DNA from: a virus
Taxonomy: Duplodnaviria > Caudoviricetes
Virus record (IMG/VR): IMGVR_UViG_3300002092_000190
Coordinates: 1 to 24,415 of that record
DNA: 24,415 bases
Direction: 5' to 3' (one strand)
Part shown: one piece after another, positions 1 through 9,713 of the stretch
Layout of the letters: every line of letters begins with the position of its first letter
How positions within the stretch are numbered: position 1 is the first letter of the stretch
Program-made: the position numbers and the translations under genes
Notes under the pieces: generated by a model
The model's database searches: none
Told to the model about the DNA's origin: nothing
Seen by the model: only the letters and a program-made list of their open reading frames with translations

Positions 1-2112
1 GAGCATTATAAAAACCACGCAAGTGATGACGGCATGGAGCCGTTGTTCTTCAACATAGTGTCGTGGGCTAAAAAATGTGATGATGGCTATGAGTGGGCGC
101 AGAAGTTAGGGGCTATGCACCCGTATGACGCAGACCGTATTCAAACTAAGTGGAACAGCACCAAAGGCCCAAGCCCTTGTTTAAAGCTAGACGAAGTAAA
201 CCCCGGTATATGTACAAGCTGCCCGCACTTTGGCAAGGTAACTAACCCACTAATATGGGGTAGAGAATTAAAGACTGACAATACTGAAAAAGAAATTGTC
301 ATGGAACGCATGGCAGCAGAGGAAGAAATTGCGGAAATACAAGCACCCACTGTAACCAAACCCGTTCCACCTAGAGGATATAGCTACGGCCAATCAGGCG
401 GTATCTATGTAGATAAAACTGAGGAAGATTCTCAGGGAAACAAAACGCGGAAGCAGATCATGCTACTGCCGTATGACATGTTTGTGGTTGATATATTGAA
501 TCGTAATGGCGACCACATCGTTCACATGGTTGCTTGCAGACCCGAAGGGGCGATTGATATTCTGCTTCCACAACGAGCTGTGGTAAGTAAAGATGAAACA
601 GTTAAAGCTTTGGCAAACCAAAACATCATTGCGGCGTTTGGCGCTGGCAACGATAAGAACCTATCTGATTATGTGCGAGCTTGCGTTGAACAGGCTAGTG
701 CTAATAAGAGAGCAATTAAAATCCCAAACAATTGCGGATGGCAAGAGGACAAAACCTTTGTATACAACAGTCATATCTATACCCCCACAGGAAAGAAAAT
801 ATTTGTTCCTACACCCGGCCTTGAGAACGTCAATCAGCACACCCAACCCTCCGGAACGCTCGATGGTTGGAAAGACGTTATTAACTTATTTGTTAAGCGA
901 GAAATCTGGAACATCCTGACAATGGGTTTAGTCGGACCTGCATCGTTGCTTATGGAGTTCTCAGGCTTTAACGGCATGACCTACCACTTGGGTTCTAGCG
1001 ATTCAGGTACAGGTAAATCATTGGCGCTATCTATTGCTGAAAGTTTCTTTGGTCAGCCGGGTATGTATCGTGTAGGTCAGGCAACATCTGCAGTAGCTCT
1101 GCAACAACGTCAGGGCATCTTGGGTAGTTTGCCTTTAGTAACCGACGAGATTACCGCTAAGAACCGAGGCGACTTTGAGTGGCTTCCTACATTCCTCCTA
1201 GATCAATCACAGGGTAAAGGCAAGGAGCGTATGGAGAGTAATGCAAATAAGGAAAGGTTGAATGTTTTAAACTGGAAATCTACTGCCCTACTAACTTCTA
1301 ATACGCACGTGTTTGACTTCTTGGGCGGTATGCGTAAGCACGCTTCTCAGGCTGAAATGCTACGGGTTTTAGAGGAGTGCCCAACGGTTAAGCTAGAATG
1401 GAATGACGCAGAATCGGCAATCCTAGACCAACTTAAAAACAATTATGGAGTTGTGGGCGATATGCTCATTACCTGGATGGTACAAAATCAGGAGATTGTT
1501 AAAGATGTATTTAAGAAGACACATGAGACCCTCAAGAAAGAGTTCAATACAACGAATGATGAGCGTTACTGGAGTGCTGGAAACGCTGCTATTGTTAGTG
1601 TTACCATTCTTCTTGGCAGTAAGTATTCCAATCTTATTGATATACCTGTTAAGCCTGTCATTGAAATCCTTCGTGGAATGGTTGATAGAGCTCGTTTAGT
1701 AGTGTTTGGCGCTAGGAAGTCTGCGGAAGATGTGCTTAACGCTTACACTCGTGAAAACTACGGCAAGTTCATTGTGGTTAAAAACTTCAATGGGGTGCTA
1801 CAGGCTACGCTAGGTGAAGGCGGCATTGTTGACCAATCTATTACACGCTCACAAGTTGCTGGGCGAATTGACAGGGGGTTAAACCCCGGATGGATTGACT
1901 ACTATATTGAAGAACAGCTTCTACGCTCACATTGTGTATCTATGAGTTTTGGGTATTCTACGTTTAAGAAGCAGATGGAGGCGCTTAAAGGCTTTAAGGT
2001 TAGCTACATAGAAAAGAAAAATATGCTATCTAAAACTAAAGGCCCAAGCATGCGTGTAAACGTAATGCAGATTAGCCGCCGTATATCAGACGAAGATGAC
2101 TCGGAAGATTAG
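1..2112 (+). CDS. Phage primase-helicase, C-terminal part (DUF927-type helicase with Cys-cluster region); 5'-truncated by the window
   Basis: Frame is open from base 1 (EHYKNHASDDG-MEPLF), so the gene starts upstream. Cys cluster SPCLKLDEVNPGICTSCPH, DUF927-like 'CGWQEDKTFVY...SGTLDGW', Walker A SSDSGTGKS (~991-1020), Walker B LVTDEIT, 'QGKGKERM', 'NNYGVVG'. Confidence 0.85.
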   Translation, partial: EHYKNHASDDGMEPLFFNIVSWAKKCDDGYEWAQKLGAMHPYDADRIQTKWNSTKGPSPCLKLDEVNPGICTSCPHFGKVTNPLIWGRELKTDNTEKEIVMERMAAEEEIAEIQAPTVTKPVPPRGYSYGQSGGIYVDKTEEDSQGNKTRKQIMLLPYDMFVVDILNRNGDHIVHMVACRPEGAIDILLPQRAVVSKDETVKALANQNIIAAFGAGNDKNLSDYVRACVEQASANKRAIKIPNNCGWQEDKTFVYNSHIYTPTGKKIFVPTPGLENVNQHTQPSGTLDGWKDVINLFVKREIWNILTMGLVGPASLLMEFSGFNGMTYHLGSSDSGTGKSLALSIAESFFGQPGMYRVGQATSAVALQQRQGILGSLPLVTDEITAKNRGDFEWLPTFLLDQSQGKGKERMESNANKERLNVLNWKSTALLTSNTHVFDFLGGMRKHASQAEMLRVLEECPTVKLEWNDAESAILDQLKNNYGVVGDMLITWMVQNQEIVKDVFKKTHETLKKEFNTTNDERYWSAGNAAIVSVTILLGSKYSNLIDIPVKPVIEILRGMVDRARLVVFGARKSAEDVLNAYTRENYGKFIVVKNFNGVLQATLGEGGIVDQSITRSQVAGRIDRGLNPGWIDYYIEEQLLRSHCVSMSFGYSTFKKQMEALKGFKVSYIEKKNMLSKTKGPSMRVNVMQISRRISDEDDSED

Positions 2113-2290
2113 AGTTCACTATCCTTGGCTAACGACCCCTTGCTTGGGGTCGTTTTTTGTTCCAACGCTAAAACTAAAAGAAACTAGAGAAGCAGGATTA
2201 AAAGCCGCCGTGTATCACCAAGTCCAAGCCCGAGCAGAGTTCGGAGTAGTTCAAGGTAGACTCGGCGTGCTTTTTACTCGCGTGCGCTAA
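2096..2290 (+). CDS. Small phage protein (64 aa), possibly DNA-binding
   Basis: Overlaps the helicase stop. YPW...GSFFVP and terminal G(V)xFxRV pattern resemble small phage proteins. It contains a terminator-like hairpin, so expression is uncertain. Confidence 0.6.
   Translation: MTRKIRVHYPWLTTPCLGSFFVPTLKLKETREAGLKAAVYHQVQARAEFGVVQGRLGVLFTRVR
2131..2160 (+). terminator. Rho-independent terminator
   Basis: Perfect 9-bp stem AACGACCCC / GGGGTCGTT with loop TTGCTT, running into a T tract (TTTTTTGTT), ~20 nt after the helicase stop. Confidence 0.75.
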
Positions 2291-5200
2291 GGAAATCTTT
2301 AGACATCTCGATACGTATTTGGCGTATTTCATCTAACATCTGACGTTTCTCGGCTCCGCTAATACCAGTCATGGAACGAACCTCACGTTCTTGCTTAGCC
2401 AAGTCCCCCATCTTTTTATTGAACTGCCCAGCAAATCGCGCCATACCAATTAAGTCAGCTTCTTTATCCAAGAACGCATCGGCTTCTTTTTCCCTATCAT
2501 TCTCAACCAAGTCTTTATAAGTGGCTTGAGCTTTTTGAACTTCACCCATCTGCTCATAAGCTTTCTCAATCAGACCGGTTGCATCTTTAGGCTGGAAGAA
2601 AGCGCCAACAATAGGGGTTGTACTACTCAACACTCCACGACCTTCAGGAGCCTCGCCAGCGGCAGTTACAGGATTAGCCAAAGTCATCATAGCTAGTGGT
2701 AATGCGCCTGTATAGGTACGAAGCAAGTATTCCATCTTAACTGGAGAAATGTTAGTGGCTTCACCCAATGCTTTAAACATTTCCGGGGTGTTAGCATTTG
2801 CACGCATACCGGGTTCTAGCTTCTGTAAACGAGCACCTTCAATTGGCTTACCAGTAAAGAATGAATAGTTAGCAGGCAGTTCCACAAACGGTTTAGCAAT
2901 CGTCGGCATTACAGATGGAACAAACTGATTAAGAGAGTAAGCAGCAATCTCTTTAGCCGCATCACCCAATTTTTTGTCTTCAAAAGCGGTAGAGTAAAGC
3001 ATCTCAGGAAGCATCTTAAAGATACCTCCAATTTCAAACGGGATAGGTACACGAACAGGTTCATCCATACCCGGCAACTTAACGAACCAATTACCGATTC
3101 TTTCCTGTGGTGTAGCGTTCTTGTACGAGTCATCGTCATACATCAATGCTGTGTAAGCCATTGTCATACCAGCCATCATAGCGCCACGTTTGAGTAACTT
3201 CTCTTTAATCTTTAGTTTCTCGCTAAACGGCATCTTGCCAGCAAAGGCTTTATATAGAACATCAAGACCTTGAATCTGTGCGTTCAAGAAAGGAACCATT
3301 TGATTGAGCAAGTAGAAGCTTGGAGATGTACCGCGCTTACTAAAGTTCATGGCTTCTAACGAAGCTAGCGTAGCTTCCATATCTGACAAGCCTTGTTTAA
3401 TAAAGCTGTTGTACGAAGTTACACGAGAAGTTGCGTCGCCCATCATAGCAAAATGGTCTAGTTTAGCCATTGCTTTTTCCCAACCGGGTTTGCCGTCTAT
3501 GATTTGCAACATGGCTTTCTGCATAGAATCGGATGCACCGCCAATAACTTGACCGCCCAAAATACCCCGTCTCTTCAACAACAACTCACCCTCATTGATC
3601 CCACGTAGCATAGAGCCTAACTGCTTTAAGTTGTCCATAATTGGAACTGAGTTAGAACCAGTAGTAAAAGCATTAGATAACGAATCACGTGCAATCTGAC
3701 GTACAGCGTAGGCTGGGTTTCTTGTAATAAAACTGCGCAACATACGAGCCGGTATACCAGCAACTTTAACTAGGTTAGGTATTGCTACTTGAACACCATC
3801 CATGCCTTTTACAAGTAAGTCTGCGGGAATACCAATACTGTCAGTATCCACCACTGCATAATGTTTTTTACCATCCAACATAAAACGAATGACGGAATCA
3901 TTAGCTGGGCTATTACCTTTATCCTCGTAGATACCGGAGCCAATTTCTTTTCCATCTTTGCCTTTCTTCTTTTGCAAGAGGCCAAGTTGTTGCAAACTAA
4001 ACGCCACATTACGAGTAGCTAGATTACGCAACGCCATATCTGTTAGCATGCGGGTATTTTGCAAAGAGCTAGTAAAGACATCAAGGATAGCGGTATCACC
4101 GCCGACTAACTCGTGTAAATATGGTTGGTCTGTAATATTGCCAATGTTAACTGTAGTAGCACCACCAATATCCATAACAACAGAGCCATCAGGACGAACA
4201 CGATAGAACGGCACGTAGTCTTTGGCTTCAAGTAACTTAGCAGCTGTGTCTTTAGAGAACCTACCTGTCTTAACAGCGAAGTCAATCAGGCCCTTGTTGT
4301 ATTCATTATAGATACCAGCGGCTTCTTCAAAGGCTGCTTTGGTCTGTGGGTCGGCATTAATACGACTTACGACTCTATCTAACATCGACTGTGTAACTGA
4401 TTTGTCAAAGTTCAAAGTCTCTAACCCAACACGCTGAGCACGCTTAGCAGCTAAGTAGAATGTAAATAATTGATTGGCAGCATCAGCATCACCAACGTCA
4501 GCTTTCTTAAGTGCTTGGGAAACCTTTAACAAACTAGCGCCATCTTTAGACTCTAGGATAGTTTCTTTCTTACCATCAGCACGCTTTCTTTCCACCAATT
4601 CAATAGGGCCACCCGAAGCAATTTGAGCAGTCCAGTTTAAGTTTTGGTCGTGCATACGGAGGTAGTACATTAACTGCGTGCCAACTAGAGAGTCCTTAAA
4701 CTTTTCAGATAACTTATTAGCTACCTTCTCTATTGGTGCAAAGCGGTCGATGTAACGTGTACGGAAAGCTAAACGGTTTTTCTCGGACAGTATACCTGTA
4801 GGTTTTAGAATGTCACTAGGTACTTTCATACCGCTAGCAGCAGCTTTAATCTTATCAGTAGCAGTTTGGTTCTTAGTAACAACTTTAGAAACATCAGCAC
4901 CTAAGTCTGCAAACTTGCTGTTGTATTTAGGTTGACTACGGAACTGGATATTACCTGTGCTTGTCTTATATGCGCCGGGGGTAATTTCAAAGTCTTTACG
5001 GGCATCGCTTAACAACTTGTAAACGTCGTTTGTATTGATGTCTAACTTAATACCCATCTTACGCAAGCCAGCACGCAACGCTCCAACCAAAGCCTCAATA
5101 AAGTCTTTAGCTTTCTGCATGTTAGATTTTGTTGGTTGCATCTCAGCAACGTGCGCAATCATCTCAGATACGGCGGCAATACGAGCATCTTCTTCAGACT

Positions 5201-8200
5201 TACCACTAGCTTTGGCAGCATCATATGCGCCCTGTGCGTCATCACCAACACCTAGCTTTTTAGCCAAACCTAAGATACCACCTTCTTGTTTGTCAATCTT
5301 AGCGGCTAGGTTATACATTCCATCTTTGCCTAAAACCCCATCAACACCCATGTGCCCTGTAATCTCGTGGGCTAGAGTCTGCTCAACTTCTTTAGTGTTA
5401 GCGTGGTTAACGGCAACTACTACAATCTTTCCGTTGGCAGTTACAAAACCTTTAATAGTATCTGGGTCGTAGCCTTGCTCACGGATATACTGCTTCATAC
5501 CCTCCGGCAAAATAGCCATGACTTTAACATCAACGCCTTTAGGTATCTTAGTGTCATCAACTACTTTCTGAGCGCTTGCTTGGCTTAGACCTGTACGAGA
5601 AACTGGAAGGCCTGTGCGGGCTTTAAACCCATACTTCATACCCTCGGAGATTTCTAGGTAATCCTCAAAACGCAAACCTGCTTCACCAGCGTATTCTTTT
5701 TCAGTACGCCTTGCATCAGCAACTTGCGCAGCCATTTTCTCATTAGCTTTAGCTGTAGCTTTTTCAGCCGCACTTGGCTTAAGTTCTGGTGGGCGCTTAC
5801 CTGATTTATTGCCAAGCACCTCTGCTGTCCGCATAGCTTGGCGTTGAACAACATCTTTAATCTCCTTGGACTGAGTTAAGCCGGCTTTTGCTTGTTGCTT
5901 TTGCGCTTTCTTAAGCCCTACTTGTTCTTCAGTTACGTTTTTTTGTTTCTCAGCAGCTTCTTGTCTACGTTGTGTTTCTGATACAGGCACCGTACGAGTA
6001 GTAACTTTTCTAGCAATAACATCTTCAATATCGCCAAACTTAGCTCTTGCGGCAACAACTTGCTCTAACTTAGTGCTTGGAAGTGCCTTTAATCTTTCGG
6101 CTGCAGCAGTTTCTTTTTTACGTTGCTCACCAATACGTTTTTCTAGCGCAGCATCTGAAGCCGCTTTAATGCGGTCTGCTTCAGTAATCTTTACGTTAAT
6201 AAACTCAGGAGGCGCAACGTTTTCTTCCAACGCTTTTTCTAAACGCTTTCTTGTGCGTACAATAAATTCATCGTTGTTGTTTTTTTCATGCAGGAATAAA
6301 GCAGATTCCCATGAGCGCACTTTATCTAGCTCTGCTTGGGCTTTTGCAATATCTTCCCCAATCTTTTTAGCATAATCGGCATATGTTTGTGCAAACTTAC
6401 GCTCTTTAGTATTTTTGTGCGTCTTGTACCAATCAGCCATAGATTCATGGTATTTTTTATTTAGCTCAAGCTCCGCAATATTCTCCTGCATTTTTTCTTC
6501 AATGGGGGCGGTAAATGCTTTTCTTACGGCATTGCTTCTAGATTCTGCAACAGCCCGATTAAAAGCAACAGTATCTTCTAGGTCGTTAACAATAAGATTA
6601 ACTAAGTTTTCTTTTTTAGCGGCTGCGACTTCCGCTTCTGTTAATGGCCTAGACACCACAAGCTCATCTAAACCAAGAGAACGCATAAGGGCGAGCTTTT
6701 GGTTATTTAGATGTACAAAACGCTTTATGTAAACAGAGCGTTCCGCTTTTGCAGAGCTAATAAACTGCTTGACTTTAGCGGCTGGTAGCCTTTCTCTATC
6801 TGAAATAGCTTTATCAAGTTCTTTTTTAGCGTTTTCAACAGCACGTCTGGCTTCTTCAGTTCTAGTTAACCGGGCTGCGCCCTTAATTTTTTTGTTACCT
6901 TCTGTTGTTATATCGCCTAAAGCTTCTAGATTTTCAACGGCGGCATCATAGTTCTTTTGTGCTTCTTCAACTGTTACATACAGTTTAGGAGCTTTGTCCA
7001 TGCTATGGTTTTCGAGCGCTAAGTTTACCGACTCAAGTTTACGGATTGTTGGTTCGTGCTTGCTTACCCAGTCTTTATCTATTTTGGCCGCTTTTTGAAT
7101 AACTTGCTTGGCTAAATTTAGACTATGCTGAAGTTTATTTTTTTGAATGCTTACAAACTTCATAAAGTTCTTATGGGTAGCGCGGACTGCGGCAATAGGT
7201 TCTAACTGCTTTTCACCAAACAGGCTATATTGGTCTGGGTTTACGCCTTCAGGTTCTTTACGTTCTGCTTTTTCTTTCTCGGCAGCTATCTTTTCGTCTT
7301 CTGCTTTACGAGCAGCAACTTCTTGCTCAAGCAAGCGAATCTTTTGTAGGTCTGGAGTTTTCTTAGACTTCTCAGTTTTCAGCATTTGCGCTGCGTCGCG
7401 CTGCTGTGTTGTAAAGAAAGGCTGTACACGAGTTAACTTTCTTTCCGCGCCTTCCATGTACTTATTTTTAATGCCGTCAATCTGTTTTTCTAAGTAGCTA
7501 ACTTCTTGGTTAGGCGCAACTCTTAATACACCAACGTTCTTATTAGCTACAACTTTATCCAGCGTGTCTTTTAAATCAAACGCAAGTTTAAGGGCTTCGT
7601 CAGTAGTTAACTCAGCTTGATCATTGGCAGCACGTATGGCATTTACTTCACGCGTGGCGGCTTCAATATAGTTAGCAGTAGCATTTTTAGCTTGAGACTC
7701 AACACCGGAACGTAGTGAGGCGGCGGTTCTCGGGTCTTTACCAGCTAAATAACGTCCGGCCTTCAAATCATCGACAGCATCTAACAATTTGTCATGGGCA
7801 GTGGCTTGGTCTGCTTTAGCGTTTGCTTGTTCAGTTTCAGGAATTGGCGTAGCTGTACCAGTCTGTGCTTCCGCTAGGCGTTTTTGTAATGCGCCCAAAT
7901 TAGCTATAGCTGTTGCTCTACCTTCTTCCGTTGTTGCAGTAGCATAGTTGCGTTGTTCTTCAGCAATTGCACGTTTAACCCGTTCTACTCTAGCGCCAGC
8001 TTCTTCTGTTGGAGCAGCACTCTTCATGCCTTTTTCAATCTGGGCTTGGCGAATCTTCTCAACAATCTCATTAACCGTACGCTCATCAGCACCAGCAGCG
8101 TGGGCTTCTTCTAACTGCTGTAAGCCTTCTTGATACTTATCTAATGGGCCAGCTGTTTCTTTTTGTGGTAGTTGTGCAAACAAATCCGCTTGTTCTTGTT

Positions 8201-9713
8201 GGCGTTGTTCCGCTTGTTGTTGTCTAGCCTGATTAGCTTCAGCTTCCATTTTAGCTGGTTCAAATAAATCAAACTGTGTACCAGACTTTTGTACTTCAGC
8301 TATTTGTTCTTGCAGTTTTTTAATTTCAACAGCAGTTTTAGTAACTTTTTCAGTATTGCCACCTTCACCACCAAATTTTTGCAATTCAGCAGTTTTCTTT
8401 TTTAGCTTGCCACGAAGCTCTGCCATTTGTACATCAGGAGATTCTTCTACTGGGCTTAGCTTTTTAACAGCTTCTTGGCTTGTTTTAAACGCAGCCTGCA
8501 TTTGTTGTAAACGTGGGCCAAGCTGCGCAACAGTATCAACGTCACCTTTTTCAGCAGCTTTCATCATTTGCGCTTCTACATCTGTAACTTCTTTTTGTAG
8601 GTTGCGGTGCTGATTTAAAAGTGATGTAGTTTCTTCTTGCTTTTGTTGGGCAGCAGTATCTTCTTGCTGCATGCGTTCTGCGGCTGTTAATGTACTTGGA
8701 GCGTTTGGTAATGGGGATACTGCGCCCTCTAACATACCTTTAGCTTGCGTGGATTCTATAGGCGCTTGTTCACCTGTAATTTGTCCTGTCTTGGCTTGTT
8801 GCTCTTGAAACGCTGTTTGCGCTTCTTGTTCTTGTGCTGCTTTTTGTGCAGCTACATCACGCTCAGCTTGTTTCTCTTGAATTACTTTTTGTGCGTCAGC
8901 ACGAGTTCCATGAACGCCAAACGGAGAAGCAACCGCGCCTAATGCAGCGCCGCCAATGAAGTTGTCTAAATATTCTTGTCGAGCTTGCGCATCATTTAGG
9001 TTTAATCCGGCCTGTAATCGTTCAAAGAACTGTTGCCCCGCTTCTGTAGCACCTTCAATACCCGCAATCTTGGTACCACCAGCAATGTATTGCCCAGCTG
9101 TGCGAAGCGTGCCTTGCTTCATTATGTTTAAAGCTTCTTGCTCTGTGAGCTGTTTACCTACTGAAGCAAAAATCTTTTGGATGCCGGGGATGTATTTAAA
9201 ACCAACTACGTCTAATGCCGCTTGTGGAATTGCAGCTGCAGCGGCTTTACCTAGGCTGGCTTCTTCAAGCGTCTTGCCTTCTTCCATCTGACGACCAAGG
9301 TTAGAACCGGTAAACTGCGCACCCGATACCAGACCAGCACCTAAACCACCAACCAAAGCAGGAGCACCGCCTAATGCAGCAGCTGCCCCGGCAGCCAAAG
9401 GAGCCACCATATAAGGAACAGAACCAGCCGCAGTTTCTTTAAGCTTTTGAATGGGTGCTTCGGACCAACTCTTTTCTGTAGGCGCTAGCGTAGCTGCTTT
9501 TTCTTTTTGTTCTTTGTAATACTTTTCAGCTTCGGCTTGGTCCATTAGACCAGTCTTGCCCGCTAATGCCCCGAGTTCGCCCTTAATGCTTTCTAGGCTA
9601 GACTTAAAGGCGCCGGTGGCGCCTGTGTCTTCTTTGGGTTCTTGGGAATCGTATTTCCTTTCCCACGGTGCTTTTGCAGTTTCGTAGGTATATTCCCAAG
9701 GATTTTTTGCCAT
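2274..9713 (-). CDS. Large polyvalent / internal virion (ejection) protein, ~2479 aa, with zincin-like metallopeptidase motif and LPD38-like C-terminal domain
   Basis: ATG at 9713 overlaps the upstream stop (TAATG). Gly/Ala-rich hydrophobic N-terminal region, long Q/E/K/A coiled-coil region, AHEITGHMG...SEMIAHVAE motif (5352-5369), C-terminal VPFLNAQIQG...WFVKLPG..VRVPIPFEIG typical of LPD38. Last gene of the structural operon. Confidence 0.8.
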   Translation of the reverse strand: MAKNPWEYTYETAKAPWERKYDSQEPKEDTGATGAFKSSLESIKGELGALAGKTGLMDQAEAEKYYKEQKEKAATLAPTEKSWSEAPIQKLKETAAGSVPYMVAPLAAGAAAALGGAPALVGGLGAGLVSGAQFTGSNLGRQMEEGKTLEEASLGKAAAAAIPQAALDVVGFKYIPGIQKIFASVGKQLTEQEALNIMKQGTLRTAGQYIAGGTKIAGIEGATEAGQQFFERLQAGLNLNDAQARQEYLDNFIGGAALGAVASPFGVHGTRADAQKVIQEKQAERDVAAQKAAQEQEAQTAFQEQQAKTGQITGEQAPIESTQAKGMLEGAVSPLPNAPSTLTAAERMQQEDTAAQQKQEETTSLLNQHRNLQKEVTDVEAQMMKAAEKGDVDTVAQLGPRLQQMQAAFKTSQEAVKKLSPVEESPDVQMAELRGKLKKKTAELQKFGGEGGNTEKVTKTAVEIKKLQEQIAEVQKSGTQFDLFEPAKMEAEANQARQQQAEQRQQEQADLFAQLPQKETAGPLDKYQEGLQQLEEAHAAGADERTVNEIVEKIRQAQIEKGMKSAAPTEEAGARVERVKRAIAEEQRNYATATTEEGRATAIANLGALQKRLAEAQTGTATPIPETEQANAKADQATAHDKLLDAVDDLKAGRYLAGKDPRTAASLRSGVESQAKNATANYIEAATREVNAIRAANDQAELTTDEALKLAFDLKDTLDKVVANKNVGVLRVAPNQEVSYLEKQIDGIKNKYMEGAERKLTRVQPFFTTQQRDAAQMLKTEKSKKTPDLQKIRLLEQEVAARKAEDEKIAAEKEKAERKEPEGVNPDQYSLFGEKQLEPIAAVRATHKNFMKFVSIQKNKLQHSLNLAKQVIQKAAKIDKDWVSKHEPTIRKLESVNLALENHSMDKAPKLYVTVEEAQKNYDAAVENLEALGDITTEGNKKIKGAARLTRTEEARRAVENAKKELDKAISDRERLPAAKVKQFISSAKAERSVYIKRFVHLNNQKLALMRSLGLDELVVSRPLTEAEVAAAKKENLVNLIVNDLEDTVAFNRAVAESRSNAVRKAFTAPIEEKMQENIAELELNKKYHESMADWYKTHKNTKERKFAQTYADYAKKIGEDIAKAQAELDKVRSWESALFLHEKNNNDEFIVRTRKRLEKALEENVAPPEFINVKITEADRIKAASDAALEKRIGEQRKKETAAAERLKALPSTKLEQVVAARAKFGDIEDVIARKVTTRTVPVSETQRRQEAAEKQKNVTEEQVGLKKAQKQQAKAGLTQSKEIKDVVQRQAMRTAEVLGNKSGKRPPELKPSAAEKATAKANEKMAAQVADARRTEKEYAGEAGLRFEDYLEISEGMKYGFKARTGLPVSRTGLSQASAQKVVDDTKIPKGVDVKVMAILPEGMKQYIREQGYDPDTIKGFVTANGKIVVVAVNHANTKEVEQTLAHEITGHMGVDGVLGKDGMYNLAAKIDKQEGGILGLAKKLGVGDDAQGAYDAAKASGKSEEDARIAAVSEMIAHVAEMQPTKSNMQKAKDFIEALVGALRAGLRKMGIKLDINTNDVYKLLSDARKDFEITPGAYKTSTGNIQFRSQPKYNSKFADLGADVSKVVTKNQTATDKIKAAASGMKVPSDILKPTGILSEKNRLAFRTRYIDRFAPIEKVANKLSEKFKDSLVGTQLMYYLRMHDQNLNWTAQIASGGPIELVERKRADGKKETILESKDGASLLKVSQALKKADVGDADAANQLFTFYLAAKRAQRVGLETLNFDKSVTQSMLDRVVSRINADPQTKAAFEEAAGIYNEYNKGLIDFAVKTGRFSKDTAAKLLEAKDYVPFYRVRPDGSVVMDIGGATTVNIGNITDQPYLHELVGGDTAILDVFTSSLQNTRMLTDMALRNLATRNVAFSLQQLGLLQKKKGKDGKEIGSGIYEDKGNSPANDSVIRFMLDGKKHYAVVDTDSIGIPADLLVKGMDGVQVAIPNLVKVAGIPARMLRSFITRNPAYAVRQIARDSLSNAFTTGSNSVPIMDNLKQLGSMLRGINEGELLLKRRGILGGQVIGGASDSMQKAMLQIIDGKPGWEKAMAKLDHFAMMGDATSRVTSYNSFIKQGLSDMEATLASLEAMNFSKRGTSPSFYLLNQMVPFLNAQIQGLDVLYKAFAGKMPFSEKLKIKEKLLKRGAMMAGMTMAYTALMYDDDSYKNATPQERIGNWFVKLPGMDEPVRVPIPFEIGGIFKMLPEMLYSTAFEDKKLGDAAKEIAAYSLNQFVPSVMPTIAKPFVELPANYSFFTGKPIEGARLQKLEPGMRANANTPEMFKALGEATNISPVKMEYLLRTYTGALPLAMMTLANPVTAAGEAPEGRGVLSSTTPIVGAFFQPKDATGLIEKAYEQMGEVQKAQATYKDLVENDREKEADAFLDKEADLIGMARFAGQFNKKMGDLAKQEREVRSMTGISGAEKRQMLDEIRQIRIEMSKDFLSARE

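Noticed and set aside
3349-9291. Many + strand ORFs (60-145 aa) antisense to the giant gene
   Set aside because: They are shadows of the coding frame (S/A/F/L-rich mirror translations) with no RBS or recognisable motifs.
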